64,000 nucleotides of DNA from contig CAXXFL010000004.1 of NCBI GenBank assembly GCA_963674965.2, positions 320,001-384,000 on the forward strand, read 5' to 3'. The notes under the pieces were generated by a model, which worked only from the letters and a program-made list of their open reading frames with translations, was not told where the DNA came from and did no database searches. Positions 49,612-59,520 of the stretch are shown here, one piece after another. This DNA comes from a bacterium (GTDB taxonomy: Bacteria > RBG-13-61-14 > DATKZS01). A program made the position numbers and the translations under genes. Each line of letters starts with the position of its first letter. The stretch's first letter is position 1.

Positions 49612-52000
49612 TCAGAAAAATGAAATTGGAACAGGCTCCGAGAAACCATATCCAATATAATTCCCACCACCAACGCCAAAACCAGCTGTTGGTTCAACGC
49701 TAAAAGGAGGTGTTTTACCTTCGCAAACATAATCTAATGAATTTGCAGGAATATTAAAATCAATATCATATCCATATCCATCATGCATTTCCCTTCCAAC
49801 TATAAATCCTGTCCCTGAATAATCCTCTTGAGTACCAAATCCAAGAAGTAAGCCTCCATTTAAATCAGCTCCAACCTGAGGACCCAAAGTACCATATCCT
49901 TGAACTAATAAAAATGGTTTAAAATTAGTAAAATCTATGCATAAATGTAATGATATTTCAGCTCCGATAATTAGACTTGCGCCAATTTCTGCTCCAAATC
50001 CAATAACAATAAGACCATATGGATCATTATAATTTATTGGGGAATTGACTACATATATATATTTATTGTTATATGTATTCACTATTGCTAATAAACCTGG
50101 CCACTTATCCTCCTGGGTAAATCGTCTTTGCTCGGGGCTGTAGTAGCGGGAGCGGTAGAACATGAGGCCGGTTTCGTCGTCATACTCTCTTCCTGTGTAG
50201 CCGTAGGGGGACTGGAGGGAGTAGGGGTTGTAGGTGGAGGTTTGGGCTCCGAAGGGGGAGTATTCGGAGCGCATGAAGACGGCGCCGTTGGACTCGAACT
50301 CGGTGAGGGAGCCGAGACCGTCGGTGAGGGGGAAGGCGGCACCCCCGGCGGAGTCCATCCCCTGGAGGAGGTCGTCGACGCCCGGGCCGTGGACGTAACG
50401 ATTCACCACCGTCGCCCCGTCGAACGACTGCACCACGTCCTCGCCGTCGTAAAAATAAATCGTCTCCTCCGTCCCAAGGTCCTTCAGCACCCGCCGCCCA
50501 AGCGCGTCGTAGACATACTCCACCACCGTGGTCGAGCCTTCCTTGACCTCCACCAGCATATCGTCGGCGTCATAATAATAATCACGAGCCTCCACCGTCG
50601 TGGTACCGTTAATCACGTCCCGGGAGGACATGGCGCCGGCGTCATCGTACTCGTACCGGACCACGTAATCCGCCGCCTCCGACGTGTTCCCGTCCGCGTC
50701 CATGTCATACCAGATCGCCTCCAGCCGGTTCATGCCGTACGCGTCGTAAAAGTACGTCTCCTCCTCCAGGTCGAAACCGCCGTCAACCTCGGTCACGGAC
50801 AGGATATTCCCCAGGGTATCATACTCGTACTCCAGCGTCGAGCCGTCCCAAGTCCCCGCCCTCGAAAGCCGATAAAACGAATCGTACTCGTACTCGACCC
50901 GCACCGACGAACCGCTCAAGGTCCGTACCTGCGCCGTTCGCTGCCCCTTGGCGTTGGCGCCCGAGTCGTATTCGTACTGATACCTCGACAGCGTGGTACT
51001 CCCGTCCTTGTGATGGATGTCCGTCAATCTCCCCTGCTCGTCGTAACCGTATTCCGTCGCCGACGACGCCGTCACCCCGTCCGCCCGGTACCGCGTAACC
51101 TTGCTCCGCATGCCCTGCTCATCGTACTCGTACTCCGCCACCGTCGTGCCGTTCCTGCTCACCGTTTGCAAAGACCCGTCGTCGTAATACCCGTACTCGA
51201 CCGTCTCCCCGTCCGCCGTCGCCATCCTCGTCACCCGGTCCCCGGCGTCATACTCATAATACACGGTCTCCCCGACCGTCGACCCGCAAGCCGCGTCCGC
51301 GCAAACCGTCTGCTCGACCGACGAAACCCGAAAGTACTCGTCATACTCGTAATCCAGCGCCGTGCCCCCAACCTTGTCGTCCTTGACGTAATCGATCCGC
51401 CCGCCAATATACCCCACCTCGATCGTCCTCAGAAGCGACCCCTTGTTCGCGCAGCTCGAACCGGCCCAATACTTCCTCTTCCAAGGCCGGTTCATGCCGT
51501 CGTATTCATAAGACACAACCGAGTTGCCCGCGTTCACCACGCACGTCACCCGTCCGATCTCATCGTAAGTATAGCTCGCCGTCGGGTCCCCCGCGCTCGC
51601 GTCCTCCCGGATCACCTTGTCCATCCGCCCGAAGTCGTCGTACGTGTACAGCGTCTCCAGCGCCGCGCCGGCCGGTTCCGCCGTGAAGCCGACCAGGTTG
51701 CCGACGCCGTCGTAGTCGAAGGTGGTGATGGACGCCGCGCTTCCGATCTCGACCTCGGCCAACCGCCCCCTGGCGTCGGACAGGTACTTCGCGTCCCTGC
51801 CGTTCACGTCGTTGACCGTCACCAGCGTCGCCGTGGCCGTGGTCCCGCCGATGGCCTCGGTCCCGTAGGTCACGCCGGTGTTGAAGCTCACGCCGTCCAC
51901 CTCGGGCAAAGTCACCTCGGTCATCCTGCCGATATCGTCCCAGGTGGCCTGCACTTTCCTGTGCGTGTCGCCGTTTAGCATGACGGACGCGGGCAGACCC
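49612..52000 (-). pseudogene. RHS fragment 4: 5'-truncated YD-repeat core + Gly-rich hydrophobic toxin tip
   Basis: YD repeats, YTGREYDDETGLMFYRSRYY, PINYNDPYG; begins mid-core at an arm-like motif. Confidence 0.88.
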
Positions 52001-52022
52001 AAAAAGTAACTATCTCCCCTTT
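52001..52022 (-). repeat. Solo junction arm (divergent)
   Basis: AAAGGGGAGATAGTTACTTTTT, 4 nt after the 52027 stop and abutting RHS fragment 4. Confidence 0.5.
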
Positions 52023-52026
52023 CCGT

Positions 52027-52401
52027 TCAGTCAATTGGCGGTTTGAACTCGAACTCTTTTTTGCCGACGGGAATTAACTGGAGATCGCCGAATTCAATGG
52101 TTAAGAAATGTTCGCAATCATCCGGCGTCCAAATTTCGGCACGATATCCATTATCCAATAATGTCACTTTAATATCAGTAATCCAATCCCAACTCTGTCT
52201 ATCTTTCATAATGATTTCATATGAGGTGACTTCCTGAAAAAGTAATATTCCAGGCTCCGGTATATATCCTTCAGCGTATTCCCAGTCGAAGTTGACGTTC
52301 TTGAGATGAAGAGCAATCGATTTTTCTTGTTTGTCAATGATGGTTTTCAGTATTCTTCCATCATGAAAACAGCCATAATCCTTTATAATTTCAATTCCCA
52401 T
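52027..52401 (-). CDS. Candidate immunity protein (FHD motif, Imm50-like)
   Basis: Directly downstream of RHS fragment 3; CFHDGRI; acidic; low GC. Confidence 0.6.
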   Translation of the reverse strand: MGIEIIKDYGCFHDGRILKTIIDKQEKSIALHLKNVNFDWEYAEGYIPEPGILLFQEVTSYEIIMKDRQSWDWITDIKVTLLDNGYRAEIWTPDDCEHFLTIEFGDLQLIPVGKKEFEFKPPID

Positions 52402-52477
52402 CTAAGTCCTCCCATTAATTGTCGAGAAAACATCTGAAGTAACTAAAACATTCTGACTTACTATAGAATCCTCACTT

Positions 52478-54062
52478 TTAATAAACGAAAACGAACGATG
52501 GTGAAGGGGATACCATGAACGCTGATGAACCACCTAACATATAGGGACTTATCATTGGGGAAAATAATAGCTGGGGAGTCGCTGGATTTCCAAATTGATC
52601 TACTCCATATATTTCTTTTAATGCCCATTCCCTATCCATGCGTTCTTTTTCTCTATTTGAGAGTGCTTCATTCCACGAGCAAGCCAATCTATTGAGCGTC
52701 GATGGGGGTGACAAATCAACTTCATCTCCAGGGCGGAGATGGTCGTCTCCGTCATTAAAATGCCAATGATCCTTTCCACCAGGTGCTTTCGGGCCTTTAT
52801 CAGGATTTGCAGGATGGTAATCAAGATAGTCATTAGTGTATGCGTTTCTGTATCTCATGCCGTTCGGATGTTTATGGGTCCAATCGGTTCTCCATTCAGG
52901 TCCCAAACCATTCGGGCCACTGGGCAATCTCATTCTGGTGAGACCAAACGCATCGGTGAACTGGGCGGGGGAATTGTCAACGTAACTGTATTTGTTCGCA
53001 TAAGTAATTGGAAGCACCAAAATCCCGGCAAATTTATCCTCCTGCACGAATCGTCTTTGTTCGGGGCTGTAGTAGCGGGAGCGGTAGAACATGAGGCCGG
53101 TTTCGTCGTCGTGTTCGCGGCCGGTGAAGCCGTAGGGGGACTGGAGGGAGTAGGGGTTGTAGGTGGAGGTTTGGGCGCCGAAGGGGGAGTATTGGAAGCG
53201 CATGAAGACGGCGCCGTTGGACTCGAACTCGGTGAGGGAGCCGAGACCGTCGGTTAACGGGAAGGCGGACCCGCCGGAGTTTTCGCCCTGGAGGACGTCG
53301 TCGACGCCCGGGCCGTGCACGCAGCGGCCTACCACCGTCGCCCCGTCGAACGTCTGCACGATGTCCTCGCCGTCGTAGAAGTATATGGTCTCGTCCGTCC
53401 CCAAGTCCTTCAGCACCCGCCTCCCAAGCGCGTCGTAAACATACTCCACCACCGTGGTCGCGCCTTCCTTGACCTCCACCAGCATATCGTCGGCGTCATA
53501 ATAATAATCCCGAGCCTCCACCGTCGTGGTCCCGTTAATCACGTCCCGGGCCGACATGGACCCCGCGTCGTTATAATCGTACCTCACCACGTAATCCGCC
53601 GGCTCCGACGTGTCCCCGTCAGCGTCCATGTCGTACCAGATCGCCTCCAGCCGGTTCATCCCGTAACTATCGTAAAAGTATGTCTCCTTCTCCAGGTCGA
53701 AGCCACCGTCAACCTCGGTCACGGACAGAATATTCCCCAGGGTATCATACTCGTACTCCAGCGTCGAGCCGTCCCACGTGCCCGCCCTCGAAAGCCGATA
53801 AAACGAATCGTACTCGTAGTCGACACGCACCGACGAGCCGCTCAAGGTCCGCACCTGCGCCGTCCTTTGCCCCTTGGCGTTGGCGCCCGAGTCGTATTCG
53901 TACTGATACCTCGACAGCGTGGTACTCCCGTCCTTGTGATGGATGTCCGTCAATCTCCCCTGCTCGTCGTAACCGTATTCCGTCGCCGACGACGCCGTCA
54001 CCCCGTCCGACCGGTACCGCGTTACCTTGCTCCGCGCGCCCTGCTCATCGTACTCGTACTCC
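52478..54062 (-). pseudogene. RHS fragment 3 + His-rich toxin tip (Ntox37-like)
   Basis: Core nearly identical to the other fragments; PAQFTDAFG; LDYHPANPDKGPKAPGGKDHWH..HLRPGDE; RHS identity ends at 54062. Confidence 0.85.
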
Positions 54063-54069
54063 TTGACTT

Positions 54070-54094
54070 TACTTATCATGGATGTCACCAGATC
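54070..54094 (-). repeat. Solo junction arm
   Basis: GATCTGGTGACATCCATGATAAGT, 1 nt after the 54096 stop; compare GATATGGGGACATCCATACTTAATT at 61609. Confidence 0.7.
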
Positions 54095-54095
54095 A

Positions 54096-54329
54096 CTAAC
54101 GCGCTTCTAATTCAGCAATTTGCCAATAATATGTGCAGCCTTTCTCAGAATTTAGCGTATTCAATCTATTCACTTCTAATTTGGCTCTTTCTAATGTTCG
54201 TACAAGCTTTTTAATTGTAAAATAAGTTCGCATGCCAGGCTTATGATCATAGTGATCTACTCGTACTATTGCATATACCTGATTCGCTGAAGTTTTATCC
54301 GTTGTATTCATGATGCTATCCTCATTCAT
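54096..54329 (-). CDS. Small candidate immunity protein (paralog of 54480-54695)
   Basis: VYAIVR..TLERAKLEVNRLN..YYWQ. Confidence 0.65.
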   Translation of the reverse strand: MNEDSIMNTTDKTSANQVYAIVRVDHYDHKPGMRTYFTIKKLVRTLERAKLEVNRLNTLNSEKGCTYYWQIAELEAR

Positions 54330-54479
54330 TATTCAGCATACTTGGGTAAAAGCGTTAGCCTCATATAAAGTCCAACAATCGTGATTATAAATCCGCTATA
54401 TTTACAGGCCGGATATCACGTTCTCTCACATTTGCACATACTGTCGAGATTATCTGCATTTCTCGCACTAAATTAATAC

Positions 54480-54695
54480 TCACCGCTCTTCCAGTCGAGT
54501 ATATCCCCAATAGTAATTACTGCCGTTTTCTGGATTAGTAGCGTTCAACCGCTCAACTTCAGACTCGGCTCTTTCCATAGTCCATACAATTTTTTCTATT
54601 GCAAGTTTCATCATAAATTCCCCATCGATTGATAAATGAACAATCCGCATTACCGCATATACCGGTTCAACCGGCCTACGATTCTTTTCTTTCAT
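54480..54695 (-). CDS. Small candidate immunity protein
   Basis: VYAVMR..TMERAESEVERLN..YYWG. Confidence 0.65.
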   Translation of the reverse strand: MKEKNRRPVEPVYAVMRIVHLSIDGEFMMKLAIEKIVWTMERAESEVERLNATNPENGSNYYWGYTRLEER

Positions 54696-54802
54696 AAATA
54701 ATTCCTATCATTTTTGCTCAATCCCTGTAAAACCAATAAGCCAATCAATTTTTCCCGGTGAAATGAGGGCTTCGATTTATATTAGCGTTCAACTTGCTCT
54801 TG

Positions 54803-54925
54803 CTAATCCCATGATGAGTCAGTCATGGTGCCCAGAAACTTACGTGTAACCGGATCATGCACGCCACCGCTATGATCGAACAGTACATTATCTGAAGGAC
54901 CACGGCCCCAGTACTTCTTAATATG
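54803..54925 (-). pseudogene. Probable 40-codon toxin C-terminal remnant
   Basis: Hand translation HIKKYWGRGPSDNVLFDHSGGVHDPVTRKFLGTMTDSSWD*; no start codon; begins at the first base outside the arm. Confidence 0.5.
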
Positions 54926-55063
54926 AGATCTGGGGACAGCATACTTATCTCGCCTTTATTTACGGCTAGAGAGGTGTTTATAAATATTCCATCAATATTC
55001 ATCGTCGAAGAACCCAGGTGATTCGGAATGTGTCAAGCAAAATGAGACACGCCTTTCCTGAAT

Positions 55064-56080
55064 TTAGTGTGGCAAACTGTTTGTTTCCTCCGGTTTCTCC
55101 GGTGGGTTGATCCACGCTTTGCCGGGCAACTCCGGCGCCGTCGGCGGTCTTTTCACGAAGCGCTCCGGGTTTTTTTCATAGGCGTGGTCGAGCGTTTTTT
55201 GCCGGGCGGCCACGATCTCGCTCGCCATTCCGTAATGGACCATCTCGGGCGTCATCAGGCCGATCCCGGTGTGCCGATGCTCGCGGTTGTACCAATCGAA
55301 AAACTTCACGCAAAAGGCCCTGGCGTCCTCGATGGAGCCGAACCGGCTCGGGAACTCGGGCCGGTACTTCATGGTCTTGAACTGGCTTTCCGAGTAGGGG
55401 TTGTCGTCGGACACGTGGGGCCGCGAGTGGCTCTTGGTCACGCCCAGGTCGGCCATCAAGAAGGCCACCGGCTTTGATTTCATCGAACTCCCCCGGTCGG
55501 CGTGGATTGTGAGTTGTCCCGGCTCGATCTCCTGTTTTCGGATGCTGTCCCCGATCAGGCGGCGGGCCAGCTCGGCGCTCTCGCGGCGGGCGATCATCCA
55601 GCCCACCACGCAGCGGCTGAAGATATCCATGATCACGTAGAGCTGGTAGCAGGTCCATTTGGCCGGTCCCTTGAGCTTGGTGACGTCCCAGGACCAGACC
55701 TGGTTGGGGGCCTCGGCCAGCAACTCGGGTTTTTTGTATCGGGGATGCCGAAGCTGGTTGCGCCGCTCCCTGACTTCCTTTTCCGAGTCGAGGACGCGGT
55801 ACATGGTGCGGACCGAGCACAGCCATGTCCCCTCGTCCAGGAGCGTTGCCCAGACCTCGCGGGGGGCCTTGTCGGCAAAGCGCTCGGAGTGGAGTCCGTC
55901 CAGCACCCGGCGCCGCTCGTCCTCGCTCAACGACCTTGCCGGCTTGGCCGCGCGCCTCGGCGGCGGAGGCCCGAAGGGAATTTTAGCGCGGCGGTCAAAC
56001 GTTGCCCGCGACAGGCCCAGGGCCTCGCAGGCGGCCTTGACGCCGACCCGGGGAGCGGCCGTGCTTGCCGATTCCATCAT
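55064..56080 (-). CDS. IS3-family transposase OrfB (DDE integrase core)
   Basis: PNQVWSWDVT, IMDIFSR, IHADRGS, DNPYSESQFKT, YNREHRH. Confidence 0.95.
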   Translation of the reverse strand: MMESASTAAPRVGVKAACEALGLSRATFDRRAKIPFGPPPPRRAAKPARSLSEDERRRVLDGLHSERFADKAPREVWATLLDEGTWLCSVRTMYRVLDSEKEVRERRNQLRHPRYKKPELLAEAPNQVWSWDVTKLKGPAKWTCYQLYVIMDIFSRCVVGWMIARRESAELARRLIGDSIRKQEIEPGQLTIHADRGSSMKSKPVAFLMADLGVTKSHSRPHVSDDNPYSESQFKTMKYRPEFPSRFGSIEDARAFCVKFFDWYNREHRHTGIGLMTPEMVHYGMASEIVAARQKTLDHAYEKNPERFVKRPPTAPELPGKAWINPPEKPEETNSLPH

Positions 56081-56616
56081 TCGCTCTCTTCGCCGGGCGG
56101 CTTGGCCAGGGGTATCCCCAGCAGATCGGCAACTTTTTTTTGGAAGTCGATTATCATCTCGGCCTGTTCGAGCCGCTTTTGGAGCTTCCGGTTCTCGCGC
56201 TCGAGGCGGGCCACTTCATCGGCCAGCGGGTTTTTGGCCTTGGGCTTGCGGCCCCGCTTTACGGGCGAAAGCGCTTTCAAGGCCCCCTCGTCCCGCTGCT
56301 TGCGCCAGGCCGTCAGGTGCGACGAATAAAGGCCCTCCCGGCGCAGCAGGGCGCCGACCTCGCCATGCCCCGAGCAGGCGTCGGCCTTCCCGAGGATTGC
56401 GAGCTTGTAAGCCGCGGTGAAGCGCCGCCGGGCGGGCTTTTCCGGGACCTCCGGGTCGGGAAGAATGATCGGCGCCCCTCCCCGCTCGGGCCGCTTGGCC
56501 GGAGTGTCCTCCGGCTCGGCCGTCCCGGTTGGGGAGACTCCGGTCGCCCTACGGGCTCCCTCCGTCTCCCCAACAATCCCTGCCTTCTTCCTGTCTTCAT
56601 CCATCTCTCTATACAT
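56077..56616 (-). CDS. IS3-family OrfA (HTH + coiled coil)
   Basis: RRRFTAAYKLAIL, LLRREGLYSSHLTAWR; A8G slippery site at 56133-56141. Confidence 0.9.
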   Translation of the reverse strand: MYREMDEDRKKAGIVGETEGARRATGVSPTGTAEPEDTPAKRPERGGAPIILPDPEVPEKPARRRFTAAYKLAILGKADACSGHGEVGALLRREGLYSSHLTAWRKQRDEGALKALSPVKRGRKPKAKNPLADEVARLERENRKLQKRLEQAEMIIDFQKKVADLLGIPLAKPPGEESE

Positions 56617-56723
56617 CCTAATACCTCCCCCGCCCTACAGTAATTTAACATAGGGGAAGTGTCTCATCTACGTTGGCACAGAGGGATTTTCATAAATTAA
56701 GTACTCTGTCCCCAGAACTCCCA

Positions 56724-57647
56724 TCAACGGTCGTCATATTTATTGAGCAATTCCAATATCTCAAGTTCACCACGATTCTTCGCAATGTCAAAAGCATTGT
56801 TACCTTTGTCGTTGCGGATTGTCGGGTCGGCGCCGTTCTCCAATAGTATTTTCACCATTTCGATGTGTCCCCAGAAAATGGCACGATTAAGCGGCGTATC
56901 TCTTTTAGAAGTTAGGGCATCAATTTCAGCTCCTTTTGATATTAGATATTTGGCCACTCCAGCTTTGCCATAGGAAGCAGCATGGTGTAAAGCCGTGTAT
57001 CTTGAAGAGCTGTTGCAAAAGTGTATGTCGGCGTTATGTTTTATCTGATCAGCAATTCTTTTTCTTTCAAAAAATCTATCCGCGATCTCTGGAGAAATTG
57101 TATTTCCAAGAACAATATCATACACTCCATTGTCGTTTAAGTTGAGATAGTAATCTATCAGTTCCCTATTATCATTGCGAACGGCATCCGCTAATGGATG
57201 ATGTCCTCCTAAGTTATGAATATCAGCGCCATAAGTAAGAAGTAGATTTATCATTTTTGTGTCACAAGCTGTTGCATAATTTATCGGACTTTCAAATTGG
57301 GCGCAAACATCGGGATTTGCACCACTTTTCAATAATTTTTCAGCTTCTTTATAATTGCATGCAATTACAGCTTTATGCAGGGGCGATAAGGGAGTGGGAA
57401 TTATATCAGAACCCTCTATTTCTTTTAACGACTCATTCTCACATGTACGATATTTTTGTTGAACTCTTGCTTCGTACAAAGGGCTCTCAGGACTGATACG
57501 CATGTGGTTTTTATAATTTTTTAAAAATGTGCTTGCGGAGAAAAATATAATGATAATAAATACCATGAAAACAACTGAAATAATGGCCAGGGTTTTGCCC
57601 CGATGCATCCAAAAACTTGTTTTTGAAGTTGTATTTAGGTTGTTCAT
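56724..57647 (-). CDS. Membrane-anchored ankyrin-repeat protein, candidate immunity
   Basis: N-terminal TM; SPLHKAV, TALHHAA, TPLNRAI; starts 1 nt after the toxin stop. Confidence 0.85.
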   Translation of the reverse strand: MNNLNTTSKTSFWMHRGKTLAIISVVFMVFIIIIFFSASTFLKNYKNHMRISPESPLYEARVQQKYRTCENESLKEIEGSDIIPTPLSPLHKAVIACNYKEAEKLLKSGANPDVCAQFESPINYATACDTKMINLLLTYGADIHNLGGHHPLADAVRNDNRELIDYYLNLNDNGVYDIVLGNTISPEIADRFFERKRIADQIKHNADIHFCNSSSRYTALHHAASYGKAGVAKYLISKGAEIDALTSKRDTPLNRAIFWGHIEMVKILLENGADPTIRNDKGNNAFDIAKNRGELEILELLNKYDDR

Positions 57648-57648
57648 A

Positions 57649-58548
57649 TCACTTGAATCCTAAATCATAGCAGGCTTGGCAGTAATCGCTACATGCTTCG
57701 GCACAGTCAGTTGTTTGAGGGTCTAGTCCTGCTTGAACTCCCTTCCGATTTGCCAAGATATCTCCTGCGCATTCTTCTGGTTGTGTATCAAGATATCTAT
57801 ACTCTTGTAGATATCCATACACTTCTGATCCTAACACCCCCGTAACTCCATACTTTTGTGTAACTTCACAGTGAGCATTACAATGAGCATATTCATCCCA
57901 ATTCATCCCACCCTGTTTTTTCAGTTCATCCTCAAAGTATGTTATTAATGGACCTCTTTTATTTCCTCTATTTGCTTTTCGCTCTTTCGCTAAATCCCGC
58001 TTAAAATTGCGTTTAGCACGCCAAAAATGTAGCGGGATTAATACCGCAAAATCAAGTAGAGCTAAAGGGGCCTCTGTAAATGGATTATGTCTTCGTTCAC
58101 CTTCCGGGTCAATATAAATTATTGGATTATTATAGACGTAAAGATATTTATCCACATAGGTAGCAGGGTCACTGATTTCTCCCCTCCACTTATCCTCCTG
58201 CACAAACCTCCGCTGCTCGGGGCTGTAGTAGCGGGAGCGGTAGAACATGAGGCCGGTTACGTCGTCGTGCTCGCGGCCGGTGTAGCCGTAGGGGGACTGG
58301 AGGGAGTAGGGGTTGTAGGTGGAGGTTTGGGCGCCGAAGGGGGAGTATTCGGAGCGCATGAAGACGGCGCCGTTGGACTCGAACTCGGTGAGGGAGCCGA
58401 GACCGTCGGTGAGGGGGAAGCCGGCGCCCCCGGCGGAGTCCATCCCCTGGAGGAGGTCGTCGACGCCGGGGCCGTGGACGTAGCGGTTCACCACCGTGGC
58501 CCCGTCGAACGTCTGCACGATATCCTCGCCGTCGTAAAAATAAAGCAT
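57649..58548 (-). pseudogene. RHS fragment 2 + toxin tip with HC..C / D..AN..G motif
   Basis: Last ~150 aa of core, PIIYIDPEG, DEYAHCNAHC..GDILANRKG. Confidence 0.85.
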
Positions 58549-58553
58549 TGATT

Positions 58554-58672
58554 GTTTTTAGCTCCTCCACTTGAAAAAGGGCCGTTCAATACGATTGGCG
58601 TCAGGAACGTTCAGCCCGCGGCTTCGCCGCCCACGCAATATTGAAGACAATATTGCGTGGGCCACCCCGCAG
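58554..58672. repeat. 62-bp repeat copy 2 fused to a REP-like hairpin
   Basis: Matches 48274-48335; followed by CCCACGCAATATTG-AAGA-CAATATTGCGTGGG, a perfect 14-bp stem. Confidence 0.9.
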
Positions 58673-58707
58673 ATTGTCCTCTCAATGAACTGGTAGAACA
58701 CTGCCAG

Positions 58708-59289
58708 TCACAAAACGGATAGCCTCTTCAGATCGTAAATATCAATTTGTTTTTCCACAAAGATATCTTCTAAAGCATCCGGCCCATTTTTTTCAGCAAA
58801 ATCAATTTCCTTTTCAGAAATAGGAACCGCTAATAACCACGCTACAGTCTTTTTTTCAAAGTACATTGTTTTCAATGTATCTTCCCATAAAAATGGAGGG
58901 ACGAATAAAAAATGCTTCATTGTTGGGGACAAGTTATACATTTTAAGTACGTCCGGGAAAATAGCCCCCGGGTAACAAGGCCATTTTGAGTTAATAATGC
59001 AAAATGCTGCCGTCCCTAGCGCAAGATCAAAGTCCGTGAATTCCGAGTAGCAAGCTCCCACAATTTCAAGTCGTGTTGGATACTCTAAGCCTTGCATGAT
59101 AAGCGGCGAGTCAGACAATCCGATCGTTGAATAAGACGACACGCCTTTTTCCGGATGATTAGGGCAAGTTAGTATGTCGACAAAATTCTCCTCCGCATCA
59201 TCCAGATGCCGACGTACTGTTGATTCCCTCCCGAAAGCTTGTACTAATGCCCTAGTGATTTCTAAGTTCTCTTCGGAAATGGCGCGCAT
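58708..59289 (-). CDS. Suppressor-of-fused (SuFu) domain immunity protein
   Basis: YSTIGLSD, RLEIV, PG.IF, HFLFVPPFLW, VAWLLAVPISEKE, G.DALE. Confidence 0.9.
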   Translation of the reverse strand: MRAISEENLEITRALVQAFGRESTVRRHLDDAEENFVDILTCPNHPEKGVSSYSTIGLSDSPLIMQGLEYPTRLEIVGACYSEFTDFDLALGTAAFCIINSKWPCYPGAIFPDVLKMYNLSPTMKHFLFVPPFLWEDTLKTMYFEKKTVAWLLAVPISEKEIDFAEKNGPDALEDIFVEKQIDIYDLKRLSVL

Positions 59290-59291
59290 AG

Positions 59292-59351
59292 TTATCCCCC
59301 CTGATGTGGTCTGTTATGGAATTTCGCTTCTATGATTACGGTTTGAACTTG
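59292..59351 (-). pseudogene. 19-codon remnant of an HNH/EndoVII-type nuclease toxin tip
   Basis: QVQTVIIEAKFHNRPHQGG*; stop 2 nt before the SuFu ATG; starts against the E2 arm. Confidence 0.6.
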
Positions 59352-59352
59352 T

Positions 59353-59481
59353 AGATCTGGGGACAGCATACTTATCTCGCCTTTATTGACGGCTAGAGAG
59401 ACGTTTATGAATATTCCATCAATATTCATCGTCGAAGAACCCAGTTGATTTTCAAAAATTAAGTACACTGTCCCCAGAACT
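59353..59481. mobile_element. 129-bp inverted-repeat mini-element E2 (intact)
   Basis: AGATCTGGGGACAGCATACTTA ... TAAGTACACTGTCCCCAGAACT; internal palindrome ATGAATATT-N5-AATATTCAT. Confidence 0.9.
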
Positions 59482-59520
59482 CAATATAGGTGATCTAAAT
59501 TCTCCCATTAGGCCTGACCC

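Larger units (their letters stand above)
55024..56685 (-). mobile_element. IS3-family insertion sequence
   Basis: Imperfect IRs TGTGTCAAGCAAAATGAGACAC / TGTGCCAACGTAGATGAGACAC; (G)ATT target duplication; orfA + orfB. Confidence 0.93.
54926..56719. mobile_element. Inverted-repeat mini-element E3 (copy of E2) interrupted by the IS3-family element
   Basis: 54926-55023 plus 56689-56719 reconstitute E2 with few substitutions. Confidence 0.9.

Noticed and set aside
54334-54343. CAGCATACTT partial arm match
   Set aside because: Only 10 nt and lacks GGGGA; may be chance.
59511-59520. GGGTCAGGCC right after the pilin-like stop as another arm type
   Set aside because: Single short occurrence; cannot be supported from this window.
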